34,029 nt of DNA from positions 1-34,029 of the forward strand of contig JANOHV010000040.1 of assembly GCA_031406795.1 (NCBI GenBank). The letters are read 5' to 3'. This stretch comes from Candidatus Rokuibacteriota bacterium. GTDB lineage: Bacteria; JAUVQV01; DATDCY01. Shown here piece after piece: positions 18,140-26,807 of the stretch (position 1 is the first letter of the stretch; every line of letters starts with the position of its first letter). A program made the translations under genes and the position numbers. Under the pieces are notes generated by a model that was not told the origin of the DNA, made no database searches, and worked only from the letters and a program-made list of their open reading frames with translations.

Positions 18140-19303
18140 TCACCACAGTACCCCCGCGCTCTCCCGCCATCCGACCACGTTTACGCCATTGCGCTGATAG
18201 CGATCGGTGCCGCCGTGGATCAGCGTCGGCTTCCGGCAGCTCTTTCCGGCGAGGACACGCCACTTTTCCAGTGAAGAGAACGCCTCGCCGGTCACTGTTT
18301 GTCCAGACTTGATCTCCACCGGGATGAGCGAGTTTCCCTGCTCGGCGACAACGTCTACCTCGTTGCCGTTGCTGTCCCGCCAGAAGAAGAGGTTTGGGCG
18401 CTCGCCGCGGTGCAAACGCGACTTGGCCAGCTCCGAGACGACCATCGTCTCGAAGATGTTGCCCCGTAGCGGGTGGGTTTCAATCTGCTCCGCCGTGCGG
18501 ATGCCCAGAAGCCAGCAGAGCAAACCGGTGTCGAAAAAGTAGAGCTTCGGCGTCTTCACCAACCGCTTGTTGAAGTTGGCATGGTGCGGACGGAGAAGGA
18601 AGATCACGTAGCTCGCCTCGAGCACGGAGATCCAGGCCTTGGCGGTATTGTGAGTGATGCCGCACTCGGTGGAGAGAGAGGAAAGGTTCAGCAACTGACC
18701 GGTCCGGCCCGCGCACAGGCGAACGAAGCGCTGGAATGTCTCCAGGTCCTGGATCCTTAACATCTGTCGGACATCGCGCTCGACGTATGCGGTGACGTAG
18801 GCGCCGAACCAGACCGAAGGTGCCAGGTCGCGGTCGTAGAGTGGAGGGTAGCAGCCGGTCAAGAGCATGGCGTCGGTGTTGGCGGGGAGCCGTTTAGCCA
18901 TGGCGAGTTCCTCAACAGAGAAGGGGAGCAGCTCCAGGAAGGCGGTTCGGCCGGCCAGCGACTGGGTGACGCTCGAGAGCAGCCCGAACTGTTGCGAGCC
19001 GGTGAGAATAAACCGGCCCATCCGCTTGTCGGTGTCGACGTGCGTCTGCAGGTACGAAAGCAGGTCAGGGCTGCGCTGCACCTCGTCGAGGACGGCGCCG
19101 TTGCGGAAGCGCTCAAGGAACGAGCGCGGGTCGTCGCGGGCGGCAAGCCGGACATCGGGCTCTTCCAGCGAGGCGTACGGGCGATCAGGGAAGACGGCCC
19201 TGGCGAGCGTCGTCTTCCCTGACTGCCGCGGGCCGGTGATGGTGAGCACCGGGAAGCCCTTGAGCAAGGAGCGGATGACTCGCTCGGCGGTGCGAGGGAT
19301 CAT
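18140..19303 (-). CDS. AAA_14-type ATPase with DUF4143 C-terminal domain
   Basis: ITGPRQSGKTT, LDEVQ, LTGS, LAGR, KTPKLYFFDTG, EVDVV...VEIK. Start set at ATG 19303 (MIPR). Confidence 0.9.
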   Translation of the reverse strand: MIPRTAERVIRSLLKGFPVLTITGPRQSGKTTLARAVFPDRPYASLEEPDVRLAARDDPRSFLERFRNGAVLDEVQRSPDLLSYLQTHVDTDKRMGRFILTGSQQFGLLSSVTQSLAGRTAFLELLPFSVEELAMAKRLPANTDAMLLTGCYPPLYDRDLAPSVWFGAYVTAYVERDVRQMLRIQDLETFQRFVRLCAGRTGQLLNLSSLSTECGITHNTAKAWISVLEASYVIFLLRPHHANFNKRLVKTPKLYFFDTGLLCWLLGIRTAEQIETHPLRGNIFETMVVSELAKSRLHRGERPNLFFWRDSNGNEVDVVAEQGNSLIPVEIKSGQTVTGEAFSSLEKWRVLAGKSCRKPTLIHGGTDRYQRNGVNVVGWRESAGVLW

Positions 19304-19309
19304 GATTAG

Positions 19310-19356
19310 AGAATGGTCCCGTCTATGCAGATTGTCAAATACTTTATCAATCTGCA
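19310..19356 (-). promoter_or_regulatory. Promoter and inverted repeat upstream of the ATPase gene
   Basis: Minus strand TTGACA (19338-19333)-N17-CATTCT (19315-19310); inverted repeat TGCAGATTG-N13-CAATCTGCA (19326-19356). Confidence 0.6.
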
Positions 19357-19809
19357 ACGCGCGGACCCCTTGCACCTCGCATCTGAGAGACAGGTTGACA
19401 CGGCTTTCTCCCTAAAGTGCGCTCCAAACAGGTGATGAGTGTTTCAGCAAACGCTGAAACAGGCATAAATACTGAAAATGTGGATTGTGCCTCGCACATC
19501 GTGTCGAACGCCCGCCCCGCGTCATCGCGATCCCGCGGTCCCCAGCTCGCTCGCGCGTCCGTCGCCGGTTCTCTTTTCAATCTGCTTACCTCGAAACGCC
19601 GCCCCGGCAAGCAGATTCTTCGGCAGGGAAAATGACGCTGCCAAGACGACGGCACCCGGTACCCCAATTCCTGTTGCCAAGAAGGGTACTTGACTTTCGC
19701 CCCCCCGTCGCCGGAAACTCGATCCCGGCAGAGTACTCATCAGACGGGCGGGTTGGCAGGTAACCGTGTAGTCGATCTGCGCGTGGGTGGAATATCTGCA
19801 GGAGAACCG

Positions 19810-20370
19810 ATGACTGATCTCTACCTCGTCCGACATGGTGAAACGGTCTGGAGCAAGTCGGGTCAACACACCTCCTTGACCGACCTTGAGCTGACCGAGC
19901 GTGGCATCGAGCAGGCCAAGGCTCTGCGGAGCCGGCTGAACCCGGCAGACTTCGGACTCGCCCTGAGCAGCCCTCGACGACGAGCCCTCCGGACCGCCGA
20001 GCTGGCTGGCTTTGGTGATGTGAAGGCCGATGAAGACCTGGCCGAGTGGTACTACGGCGACTACGAGGGCCTGACCAGCCAACAGATCCGCGAACGTGTT
20101 CCCGGCTGGCGGATCTGGACGCATCCCTGCCCCGGCGGCGAGACTGCCGACCAGGTGCAGGCCCGGCTGACCCGGATAGTTGAGCGCGTCTGTAAGTCGG
20201 GCGTGGAGCGAGTACTTTGCTTCGCCCATGGGCACTCGCTGCGGGTGTTGGCCCTCTGCTGGCTGGGCATCGACATCACAAGGGGGGCGAGCTTCCCGCT
20301 CCAGACCGCGACGGTGTCAATCCTGGGTCATGAAAAGGAGTCCCCGGCAATCCTGAAGTGGAACAGCTGA
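19810..20370 (+). CDS. Histidine phosphatase superfamily protein
   Basis: LVRHGET, SSPRRRA, EWYYGDYEG, AHGHSLR. Start set at ATG 19810 after AGGAG. Confidence 0.9.
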   Translation: MTDLYLVRHGETVWSKSGQHTSLTDLELTERGIEQAKALRSRLNPADFGLALSSPRRRALRTAELAGFGDVKADEDLAEWYYGDYEGLTSQQIRERVPGWRIWTHPCPGGETADQVQARLTRIVERVCKSGVERVLCFAHGHSLRVLALCWLGIDITRGASFPLQTATVSILGHEKESPAILKWNS

Positions 20371-20398
20371 GGACATTCTCGCAGGCTGCCGAAGAGCC

Positions 20399-21868
20399 TT
20401 ACAACCAGTATTCCAGGCGCCGCGCCGCCCACTCCTTCAATTTGAGCAGCGGCGACCGGCGCTGCCAGCGATCGAGTTCGATGGCGTCGGATTCCGCCAG
20501 ATCCCGGGCAAACATGGTGTCCATCTGCCGGGAAAAATCGCGGCCCAGAATCGCCGCATTGAGTTCGTCGTTGTGCAGGCGGCTGCGCCAATCCAGATTA
20601 GTGGAGCCGATGGTCGACCAGACGCCGTCGATGGAGGCGGTCTTCGAATGCATGACGGCGCCGCGGCGCTCGTAAATCTTGACGCCGGCTCGCAACAACC
20701 GGGAGAAATGCGAGCGCCCGGCGTGGAAGACCGCCCAGGAATCGGTGTGGCTCGGCAACACCAGCTTCACCTCGACGCCGCGCTGCGCCGCGCCGATCAA
20801 GGCCTTGAGCAACTGTGGATCGGGAGCAAAATAGGCGTTGGTCAGCTGCACCTGCTGCTCCGCATGGTCGATCGCGGAGAGCAGCGTGAGAAAGATCCGG
20901 CTGTGGGGATCTTCGGCGGCGCCGGCGAGGGCCCGCACGACCTCGTCGCCCTTTCTGTCGAGCTTGGGGAAGTAGTTTTTCTGAGCCAGCGGCTCGCCCT
21001 TTTGTTTCGTCCAGGTGTCCATGAACAGCTTCTGGAACTCCGCCACCGCCGGACCCTCGATCAGCAGGTGGGTGTCCCGCCAGCCCGCGGGGTTCGCCTT
21101 CTTTTTCTTGGGCGACTTGCCGGAGGGGCCGCTGGAATAGGATTCGCTGATGTTGATGCCGCCGAGGAAAGCGCTGCGGCCGTCGACCACCAGCAACATG
21201 CGGTGGTCGCGGTTGTTGAGCAGCCAATATTTTTTATTGCCGGTCAATGGGTTGACCGGATTGAACTCGAGCACCTGGATGCCGCCGGCGTCGAGACGCT
21301 TGAAAAAATCCTTTGGCGTGTTCAGGCAGCCGACGCTGTCGTAGATCAGGTTGACCTGGACGCCGGCGGCCTGCCTTTCCAGCAGCAGACGCGCGAACTC
21401 ATGGCCGACGTCGTCGTCCTCGAAGATGTAGGTTTCCAGGTTGATGTGATCTTCGGCCGTGCGGATGGCTGCGAACATGGCCCGGTAGGTCGCCGGCCCG
21501 TCCTGCAGCAGGACCAGCTTGTTGCCCAGCACGAGCGGGCTGTCGACGTTGATCGCCTGTTCGACGGCCAGGTGCTTTTGCAGGATATCGATGTCGCCGG
21601 ATGTGCTCTTGAAGTCCTTGAGGATGGCGGCGCTCTTGCTTGCGGAGACCGGTCCGCGCGCGTTGTCGAACTCTACGGCCTGTCCGGACGATCTATCCAC
21701 AGTGTGCTCGGGGGCGGCAATTCCGGTGCAGCCGGCGCTGGCGAGCAGGCACCCTGCGAGCGCTAACGACACCACAAGCCGCCAAGGAGACATTTCATGG
21801 CAAGCGCGGCAAAAATCCGACTCGGCCGCCAGCGGAGCCGTGGCCGAGTCCGCGATCGCCAAGCCCAT
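20399..21868 (-). CDS. Phospholipase D / cardiolipin synthase family protein, probable lipoprotein; first HKD motif altered
   Basis: INLETYIFEDD, DSVG, HRMLLVVDG...GGINI, WRDT, NAYFAP, HSKTASIDG...GSTN; lipobox-like LASAGC. Start is 21868 or 21793. Confidence 0.85.
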   Translation of the reverse strand: MGLAIADSATAPLAAESDFCRACHEMSPWRLVVSLALAGCLLASAGCTGIAAPEHTVDRSSGQAVEFDNARGPVSASKSAAILKDFKSTSGDIDILQKHLAVEQAINVDSPLVLGNKLVLLQDGPATYRAMFAAIRTAEDHINLETYIFEDDDVGHEFARLLLERQAAGVQVNLIYDSVGCLNTPKDFFKRLDAGGIQVLEFNPVNPLTGNKKYWLLNNRDHRMLLVVDGRSAFLGGINISESYSSGPSGKSPKKKKANPAGWRDTHLLIEGPAVAEFQKLFMDTWTKQKGEPLAQKNYFPKLDRKGDEVVRALAGAAEDPHSRIFLTLLSAIDHAEQQVQLTNAYFAPDPQLLKALIGAAQRGVEVKLVLPSHTDSWAVFHAGRSHFSRLLRAGVKIYERRGAVMHSKTASIDGVWSTIGSTNLDWRSRLHNDELNAAILGRDFSRQMDTMFARDLAESDAIELDRWQRRSPLLKLKEWAARRLEYWL

Positions 21869-23360
21869 AGGAATTTCCTTCCCCGCCTTGGGTCAAACGA
21901 GCCCGCCGCGAGTCCACCCGTTGCTGTGATTGTCGGATTTTCGCAAAGATTGTTGCATCGCTGGAGGTCGAAGTCAAGGTTCGTGCGTGTCTCGCTGCGG
22001 GCGTGGCCGGCGGCGGCCGCGGCTCTTCGATGAACGCGACGATCCGCAGCGTCCCGCCGCAGTCCGGGCATAGAACGACCTTGATCGGTTGCAATGTTTG
22101 GAAAAGAAACGGGGCCGCGGGACGAATCCCGCGGCCCTCCTCACCGTAGGGGCGACCGGCCGGTCGCCCTTTCGCCAGCGTCGTTTGGTAGTACTCCATC
22201 AGGATCTTGGCGACCTCGGGACGGGAGAACTCGGGCGGCGGCGCGATGCCCTTCGAGAGCATCTCGCGGACCTTGGTGCCCGAGAGCGTGACCCAATCTT
22301 CCTTGGTGTGGTCCTTGCCGTCGCGCATCATGATGACCTTGTTGAGCTTCTTCGAGTAGGCGGTGTTGTCCGCCCGGAAAATCTCGATCAGCAGCGCGCC
22401 CTTCGGCACTTCCGTGTCGAAGACGGTCTGGGCATCGAAACCGCCGTAGTAGTCGCCGACGCCGGCGTGATCGCGGCCGACGATCAGGTGGGTGCAGCCG
22501 CAGTTCTGGCGGAACACCGCGTGCAGCACGGCCTCGCGCGGGCCGGCGTAGAGCATGTCGAAGCCGTAGCCGGTGACCATCACGGTGTTCTTCGGGAAGT
22601 ACAGCTCGACCATCTTGCGGATGCAGTTGTCGCGCACGTCCCCGGGGATGTCGCCCTTCTTGAGCTTGCCGAGCAGCATGTGGATCAGGATGCCGTCGGC
22701 GTTCTCGGCCTCCTTGGCCATCTTGCAGAGCTCTTCGTGGGCGCGGTGCATCGGGTTGCGGGTCTGGAACGCGACGACCTTGTTCCAGCCGCGCTCGGCG
22801 ATCTCGTTGCGGATCGCGGTCGCGGTGCGGAAGGTGTCGGGGAAGTCCGCCTCGAAGTAGGAGAAGTTCAGCACCTGGATCGGGCCGGAGACCACGAACT
22901 TGCCGACGGAGTTGAAGGCCGCGACGCCGGGGTGCTCGGGGTCGAGCGTGCGGAAGATCTTCTCGGTCATCATCTTCATGTCGGCGTCCGAGAACTCCTC
23001 GATTGCCTCGACGTCCATGATCGCGAGCACCGGGTTGCCCTGGACGTTCGGGTCGCGCAGCGCAATGCGCTTGGCGCCCTTGATGGCCGCGGCGTCCTTG
23101 ACCATGTTCACGATCGGCACCGGCCAGAAGAGGCCCTTGGTGGTCTTGAGCTTCTCGGCGACCAGCAGCGAGTCGGCCTTGTTCATGAAGCCGGTCAGCG
23201 GGTTGAAGTACCCCGAGCCGAGCATCACGGCATTGCCGGCCGCGGCCGAGCTCACGATGATCGAAGGCAGCGTCTCGGCCTCCTTGAGCAGCGCGGTGCG
23301 CTTGGCGTCGTCGGCAACGTACAGCGGGTTGAGCTTGTCGGAACCGTGGGGCTTGATCAT
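21795..23360 (-). CDS. sat: Sulfate adenylyltransferase (ATP sulfurylase); Sat-like part ends near 22173, then about 125 aa of read-through
   Basis: QTRNPMHRAHE, YAGPREAVLHA, GRDHAG, LSGTKVREML, PPEFSRPEVA. ATG 23360 is better spaced from AAGGAG than GTG 23366. Confidence 0.95.
   Translation of the reverse strand: MIKPHGSDKLNPLYVADDAKRTALLKEAETLPSIIVSSAAAGNAVMLGSGYFNPLTGFMNKADSLLVAEKLKTTKGLFWPVPIVNMVKDAAAIKGAKRIALRDPNVQGNPVLAIMDVEAIEEFSDADMKMMTEKIFRTLDPEHPGVAAFNSVGKFVVSGPIQVLNFSYFEADFPDTFRTATAIRNEIAERGWNKVVAFQTRNPMHRAHEELCKMAKEAENADGILIHMLLGKLKKGDIPGDVRDNCIRKMVELYFPKNTVMVTGYGFDMLYAGPREAVLHAVFRQNCGCTHLIVGRDHAGVGDYYGGFDAQTVFDTEVPKGALLIEIFRADNTAYSKKLNKVIMMRDGKDHTKEDWVTLSGTKVREMLSKGIAPPPEFSRPEVAKILMEYYQTTLAKGRPAGRPYGEEGRGIRPAAPFLFQTLQPIKVVLCPDCGGTLRIVAFIEEPRPPPATPAARHARTLTSTSSDATIFAKIRQSQQRVDSRRARLTQGGEGNSYGLGDRGLGHGSAGGRVGFLPRLP
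21960..22090 (-). mobile_element. IS91-like transposase C-terminal remnant
   Basis: LCPDCGGTLRIVAFIEEP...RPPP resembles the recalled C-terminal CPxCGGxxRIxAFI..P segment of IS91-family transposases; no catalytic domain. Boundaries approximate. Confidence 0.55.
22101..22137 (-). terminator. Intrinsic terminator of the apr-qmo-sat operon
   Basis: 11-bp stem GGGCCGCGGGA / TCCCGCGGCCC with UUCG loop (minus strand) followed by CGTTTCTTTTC. Confidence 0.75.
22146..22169 (+). repeat. GTAG-family REP element
   Basis: GTAG followed by the perfect 20-bp palindrome GGGCGACCGG|CCGGTCGCCC. Confidence 0.7.
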
Positions 23361-23404
23361 GCTCACTCTCCTTTAGTGTTATGCGCCTGTGGTGAAAATT
23401 CCAT

Positions 23405-23438
23405 GAGATTGCCGCGTCGCTGCGCTCCTCGCAATGAC
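23405..23438 (-). repeat. GTCATTGCGAG-type REP-like repeat between qmoC and sat
   Basis: Minus strand GTCATTGCGAGGAGCGCAGCGACGCGGCAATCTC. Confidence 0.65.
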
Positions 23439-23455
23439 GTGAGGCACCGTCCTCG

Positions 23456-24664
23456 TTAAGCGGCCTTCGCGGTGGGAGCCGCCGTGTCGCGGCCGACGTT
23501 CTTGGCGTGGATGATGGCGATCGGCCGGTAGAGCAGGTGCGCGAGCTTGGAGAAGGGGAGGAAGGCGATGACGTAGAAGACGAAGACCAGGTGGACGAAG
23601 TACATCGGGTACGCCAGGGCGGCGTTGTCCATCAGGCGCAGGATCTCGGTGAGCATCCCGGTGGCGCCGACGAGGAATATCGCGCCGAGGAAGACCCAGT
23701 CGTAGCCGCTCGCCGGGCTGTCCTCGCTCTTGGACATCCGGTTGGCGATCATCAGCAGCGCGCCGAACACGATGGCCAGGCCGCCGATGTTGCCGAAGAA
23801 CTTCGGCAGCAGTCCCGCGCCGGAGAAGGCCAGCGGCGTCTCGAGTTCGTGGAAGATGCCGAACTTGGTGCCCCACTCGTAGACCAGCACGATGTTCGTC
23901 GCGATGAACGCGCCGACGAAGCCGTAGAAAACGAGCAGGTGCGCGAGGGTGCGCCCCGCGTTCACCGTGCACTTCTTGAAGCTCGCGTGGCTGATCAGCT
24001 CCCCGACGAACTCCATCATGCTCGGCACGAAGCCCTTGCGCGGCACGGATGCCGGCACCTGGGCCTCGAGCCGGCCCCAGAACCCCTTGAGGCTCGCGAA
24101 CGCCGAGAGCACGGCGAGGAGGGCGACCGTCAGGAACGTCAGGTCGACGCCGGTGGTGATCGGCATCATCTTCGAGAAGACGATCGGGCCCTCCGGCATG
24201 AAGCCCTGGCCGCCGAAGATCGGGAAGAGGTGCGAGCCGGCCTGCGGCTGGTTGTTGAGCATGATCACCGCGGCCAGGATCACGATCGGGATCGCGAAGA
24301 CCACCGGCAGGAACTTGATGTCGGAGAACAGCGTCCCCATGAACGCGGGAACCGCGTGGGCGCGGTAGGCGGTGCGGCGGATCGCGCCGAGCACCTCGCC
24401 GGGCTTGGCGTCGCGCGGGCACTTGGCCGTGCAGTCCGCGCACTGGTGGCAGAGCCAGACGTCGGCATCGTTGATCAGGCGGCTCTTGAGCCCCCACTGG
24501 GCCCAGACCATCTCCTTGCGCGGGAAGGGCTGGGCGTCGCCGGTGACGTCGCAGACCACCGAGCAGGTCGCGCACTGGTAGCACTTCTTGAGGGACTCGC
24601 CGCCCGCGGCGATGACCTCCTTGACGTACCCGAGATCGGGCTTGATCAGCTGGGCTTCAGACAT
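23456..24664 (-). CDS. qmoC: Quinone-interacting membrane-bound oxidoreductase subunit QmoC
   Basis: N-terminal CYQCATCSVVC and CHQCADCTAKCP, multiple TM helices, HLLVFYGF, YFVHL, PFSKLAH. Confidence 0.93.
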   Translation of the reverse strand: MSEAQLIKPDLGYVKEVIAAGGESLKKCYQCATCSVVCDVTGDAQPFPRKEMVWAQWGLKSRLINDADVWLCHQCADCTAKCPRDAKPGEVLGAIRRTAYRAHAVPAFMGTLFSDIKFLPVVFAIPIVILAAVIMLNNQPQAGSHLFPIFGGQGFMPEGPIVFSKMMPITTGVDLTFLTVALLAVLSAFASLKGFWGRLEAQVPASVPRKGFVPSMMEFVGELISHASFKKCTVNAGRTLAHLLVFYGFVGAFIATNIVLVYEWGTKFGIFHELETPLAFSGAGLLPKFFGNIGGLAIVFGALLMIANRMSKSEDSPASGYDWVFLGAIFLVGATGMLTEILRLMDNAALAYPMYFVHLVFVFYVIAFLPFSKLAHLLYRPIAIIHAKNVGRDTAAPTAKAA

Positions 24665-24673
24665 TGTTTCTCC

Positions 24674-26803
24674 TTACATGCCGCGGAAGGGGTTCGGGCC
24701 GAACTCCTTCACGTCCTCGATGAACTGATCCACGATGCCGGGGAGCTGGTCGAACTCGTTGATCGCCAGCTGGACCATGCGGATGCGGCCGGACTCGAGC
24801 TGCAGGCGGTTGAGGGTCTCCTGCACCTTGCTCAGCCGGATGCTGCACAGCTCGCTGCCCTTGACGAAGTGGCACTGGTAGTTCTCGCCGTGCTTGCAAC
24901 CGATCAGCAGCACGCCCTCGAGGCCCTTGCTCATCGCCTCGGCCATCCAGACCAGGTTGGTGCCGCCGAGGCAGCGCAGCGGGATGAAGCGGATGTGCGG
25001 GCTGTACTTGATGCGGGCCAGGCCGGCCATGTCCAGCGCCGGGTAGGCGTCGTTCTCGCAGATCAACCCGAGGAAGGTCGGCACGTCCTCGTCGTCCGAG
25101 ACGTCGACCGCCTTGATCATCGAGGCGATCATGTCGATCGAGTAGTTCTTGAAGGAGATGATGCGCTCCGGGCAGGCCCCCATGCAGACGCCGCAGCGGC
25201 GGCAGCGGGTGGGGTTGGGCTTGGGCGTGCCCTTCTCGTCCTCGTCCAGCGTGCCGAAGGGGCACTCCTCGGTGCAGCGCTTGCACTGGGTGCAGCGATT
25301 CAAGAAGAAATCCGGGAACGAGTCGTCGCCGACGCGCGGGTGCACGGCCTTGCCCTGCGCGGTCAGGTGCAGGCACTGGATGGCCTTGAGCGCGGCGCCC
25401 GCGGCGTCCTGCACGACGGCGGCGCTGTCCATCGGCGCGCGCACGGTGCCGGCGGCGTAGATGCCGGTGCGCTGGGTCTCGTAGGGGAAGCAGATGAAGT
25501 GCGAGTCCGGGAAGCCGTACTTGAGCGTCGGCAGCGCCGGGCCCTGGCGGTACGCGAGATTGAGGATCGGCTCGTCCACCGTGGTCGGCACCATGCCGGT
25601 GGCGAGCACGACGAGATCGGCCTCGAACTTGACGTCGGGTCCGAGCAGCGTGTCCTTCGCCGCGACCTGGATCTTTCCGCCTGCGGCGGTCACGCCGGTC
25701 ACGACGCCCTTGGTCAGGAAGATGCCCGGGTCCTCCTGGGCGCGCTGGTAGAAGAACTCCCCCTGGCCGGGGGTGCGCATGTCGCGGTAGACGATCGTGA
25801 CTTCGGCCTCGGGGTTGCGCTCGCGGATGTACATCGCCTGCTTGAGCGAGGTCGCGCAGCAGGTGGCCGAGCAGTAGGGCAGGTGGGCCTCGTCGCGCGA
25901 GCCGGCGCACTGGATGAAGAGCACGCTCTTGGCCTTCTTGCGGTCCGAGGGGCGGTGGATCTCGCCCTTGACGGCCATCGCCTCGAGATCGGCCGCGGTG
26001 ATCACGTCGGGGCTGCTGCCGAAGCCGAGATGCGCGAGCTTGGTGGCGTCGTAGGGACGCGAGCCGGTGGCGAGCACGATCGCGCCGACGCGGATCGTCT
26101 CTTCGCCGGCCTCGGTCTTCACGGTCGCGTCGAAAAGGCCGGGCGCGCCGGCGATCTTCTCGATGCTCGCGCCGGTGATCACGCGGATCTTCGCGTTGGC
26201 CTGCACGAGGCGGGCCTTCTCGGCGACCTGGGGGGTCTCGAGGTCGCGATAGGGCGCCGTGGAGGGCAGGTCCTTCCAGGCGCCGGCGAGCCAGCCGCCG
26301 AGCCGCGGCGACTTCTCGATCAGGATGACCTCGGAGCCGGCTTCCGCGGCGTCCAGGGCCGCGCTGATGCCGGTCAGGCCGCCGCCGACGACCAGGACGA
26401 CCTTGGAGATGTCCTGGATATTCGGCTCGGGCGGCGAGGTCTTCTGGACCCGCACGATGCCCATGATCAGGTAGTCCTCGGCGAGCTGCTGGGTGTGCTC
26501 GTCGTTCGGCTCGTGGCTCCACGCGACGTGCTCGCGCAGGTTGACGCGCTCGAGGATCGGCACGTCGATGCGGAAAGCGTCGGTCATGGCGCGCGCCGAG
26601 CAGGCCGCGATGACCACGGTGTTCACGCCCTCGCTGGCGACGTCGTTCGCGAGCAGGGCGTTGCCCTCTTCGCCGCAGAAACAGGGGTGGGTCTTGACGA
26701 CCTGGCCCCCCTTGCGCTGCGCGACGGCGGCGAGCTTCTCGACGTTGAGGCTCTCGCCGATCCCGCAGCCGCTGCAGATGTAGACTCCGATCTTCTTCTC
26801 CAT
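24674..26803 (-). CDS. qmoB: QmoB (HdrA-like flavoprotein + ferredoxin + MvhD-like domain)
   Basis: MEKKIGVYIC, GGGLTG, QCAGSRD...YCSATCC, CTQCKRCTEECP, CENDAYPALDMAG, GCKHGENYQCHF. Start set at ATG 26803. Confidence 0.95.
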   Translation of the reverse strand: MEKKIGVYICSGCGIGESLNVEKLAAVAQRKGGQVVKTHPCFCGEEGNALLANDVASEGVNTVVIAACSARAMTDAFRIDVPILERVNLREHVAWSHEPNDEHTQQLAEDYLIMGIVRVQKTSPPEPNIQDISKVVLVVGGGLTGISAALDAAEAGSEVILIEKSPRLGGWLAGAWKDLPSTAPYRDLETPQVAEKARLVQANAKIRVITGASIEKIAGAPGLFDATVKTEAGEETIRVGAIVLATGSRPYDATKLAHLGFGSSPDVITAADLEAMAVKGEIHRPSDRKKAKSVLFIQCAGSRDEAHLPYCSATCCATSLKQAMYIRERNPEAEVTIVYRDMRTPGQGEFFYQRAQEDPGIFLTKGVVTGVTAAGGKIQVAAKDTLLGPDVKFEADLVVLATGMVPTTVDEPILNLAYRQGPALPTLKYGFPDSHFICFPYETQRTGIYAAGTVRAPMDSAAVVQDAAGAALKAIQCLHLTAQGKAVHPRVGDDSFPDFFLNRCTQCKRCTEECPFGTLDEDEKGTPKPNPTRCRRCGVCMGACPERIISFKNYSIDMIASMIKAVDVSDDEDVPTFLGLICENDAYPALDMAGLARIKYSPHIRFIPLRCLGGTNLVWMAEAMSKGLEGVLLIGCKHGENYQCHFVKGSELCSIRLSKVQETLNRLQLESGRIRMVQLAINEFDQLPGIVDQFIEDVKEFGPNPFRGM

Positions 26804-26807
26804 GCTC

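Noticed and set aside
21795-22172. Novel Sat fusion to a CxxC zinc-ribbon domain
   Set aside because: The extension crosses a REP and a terminator, and the CxxC looks like transposase debris; treated as read-through.
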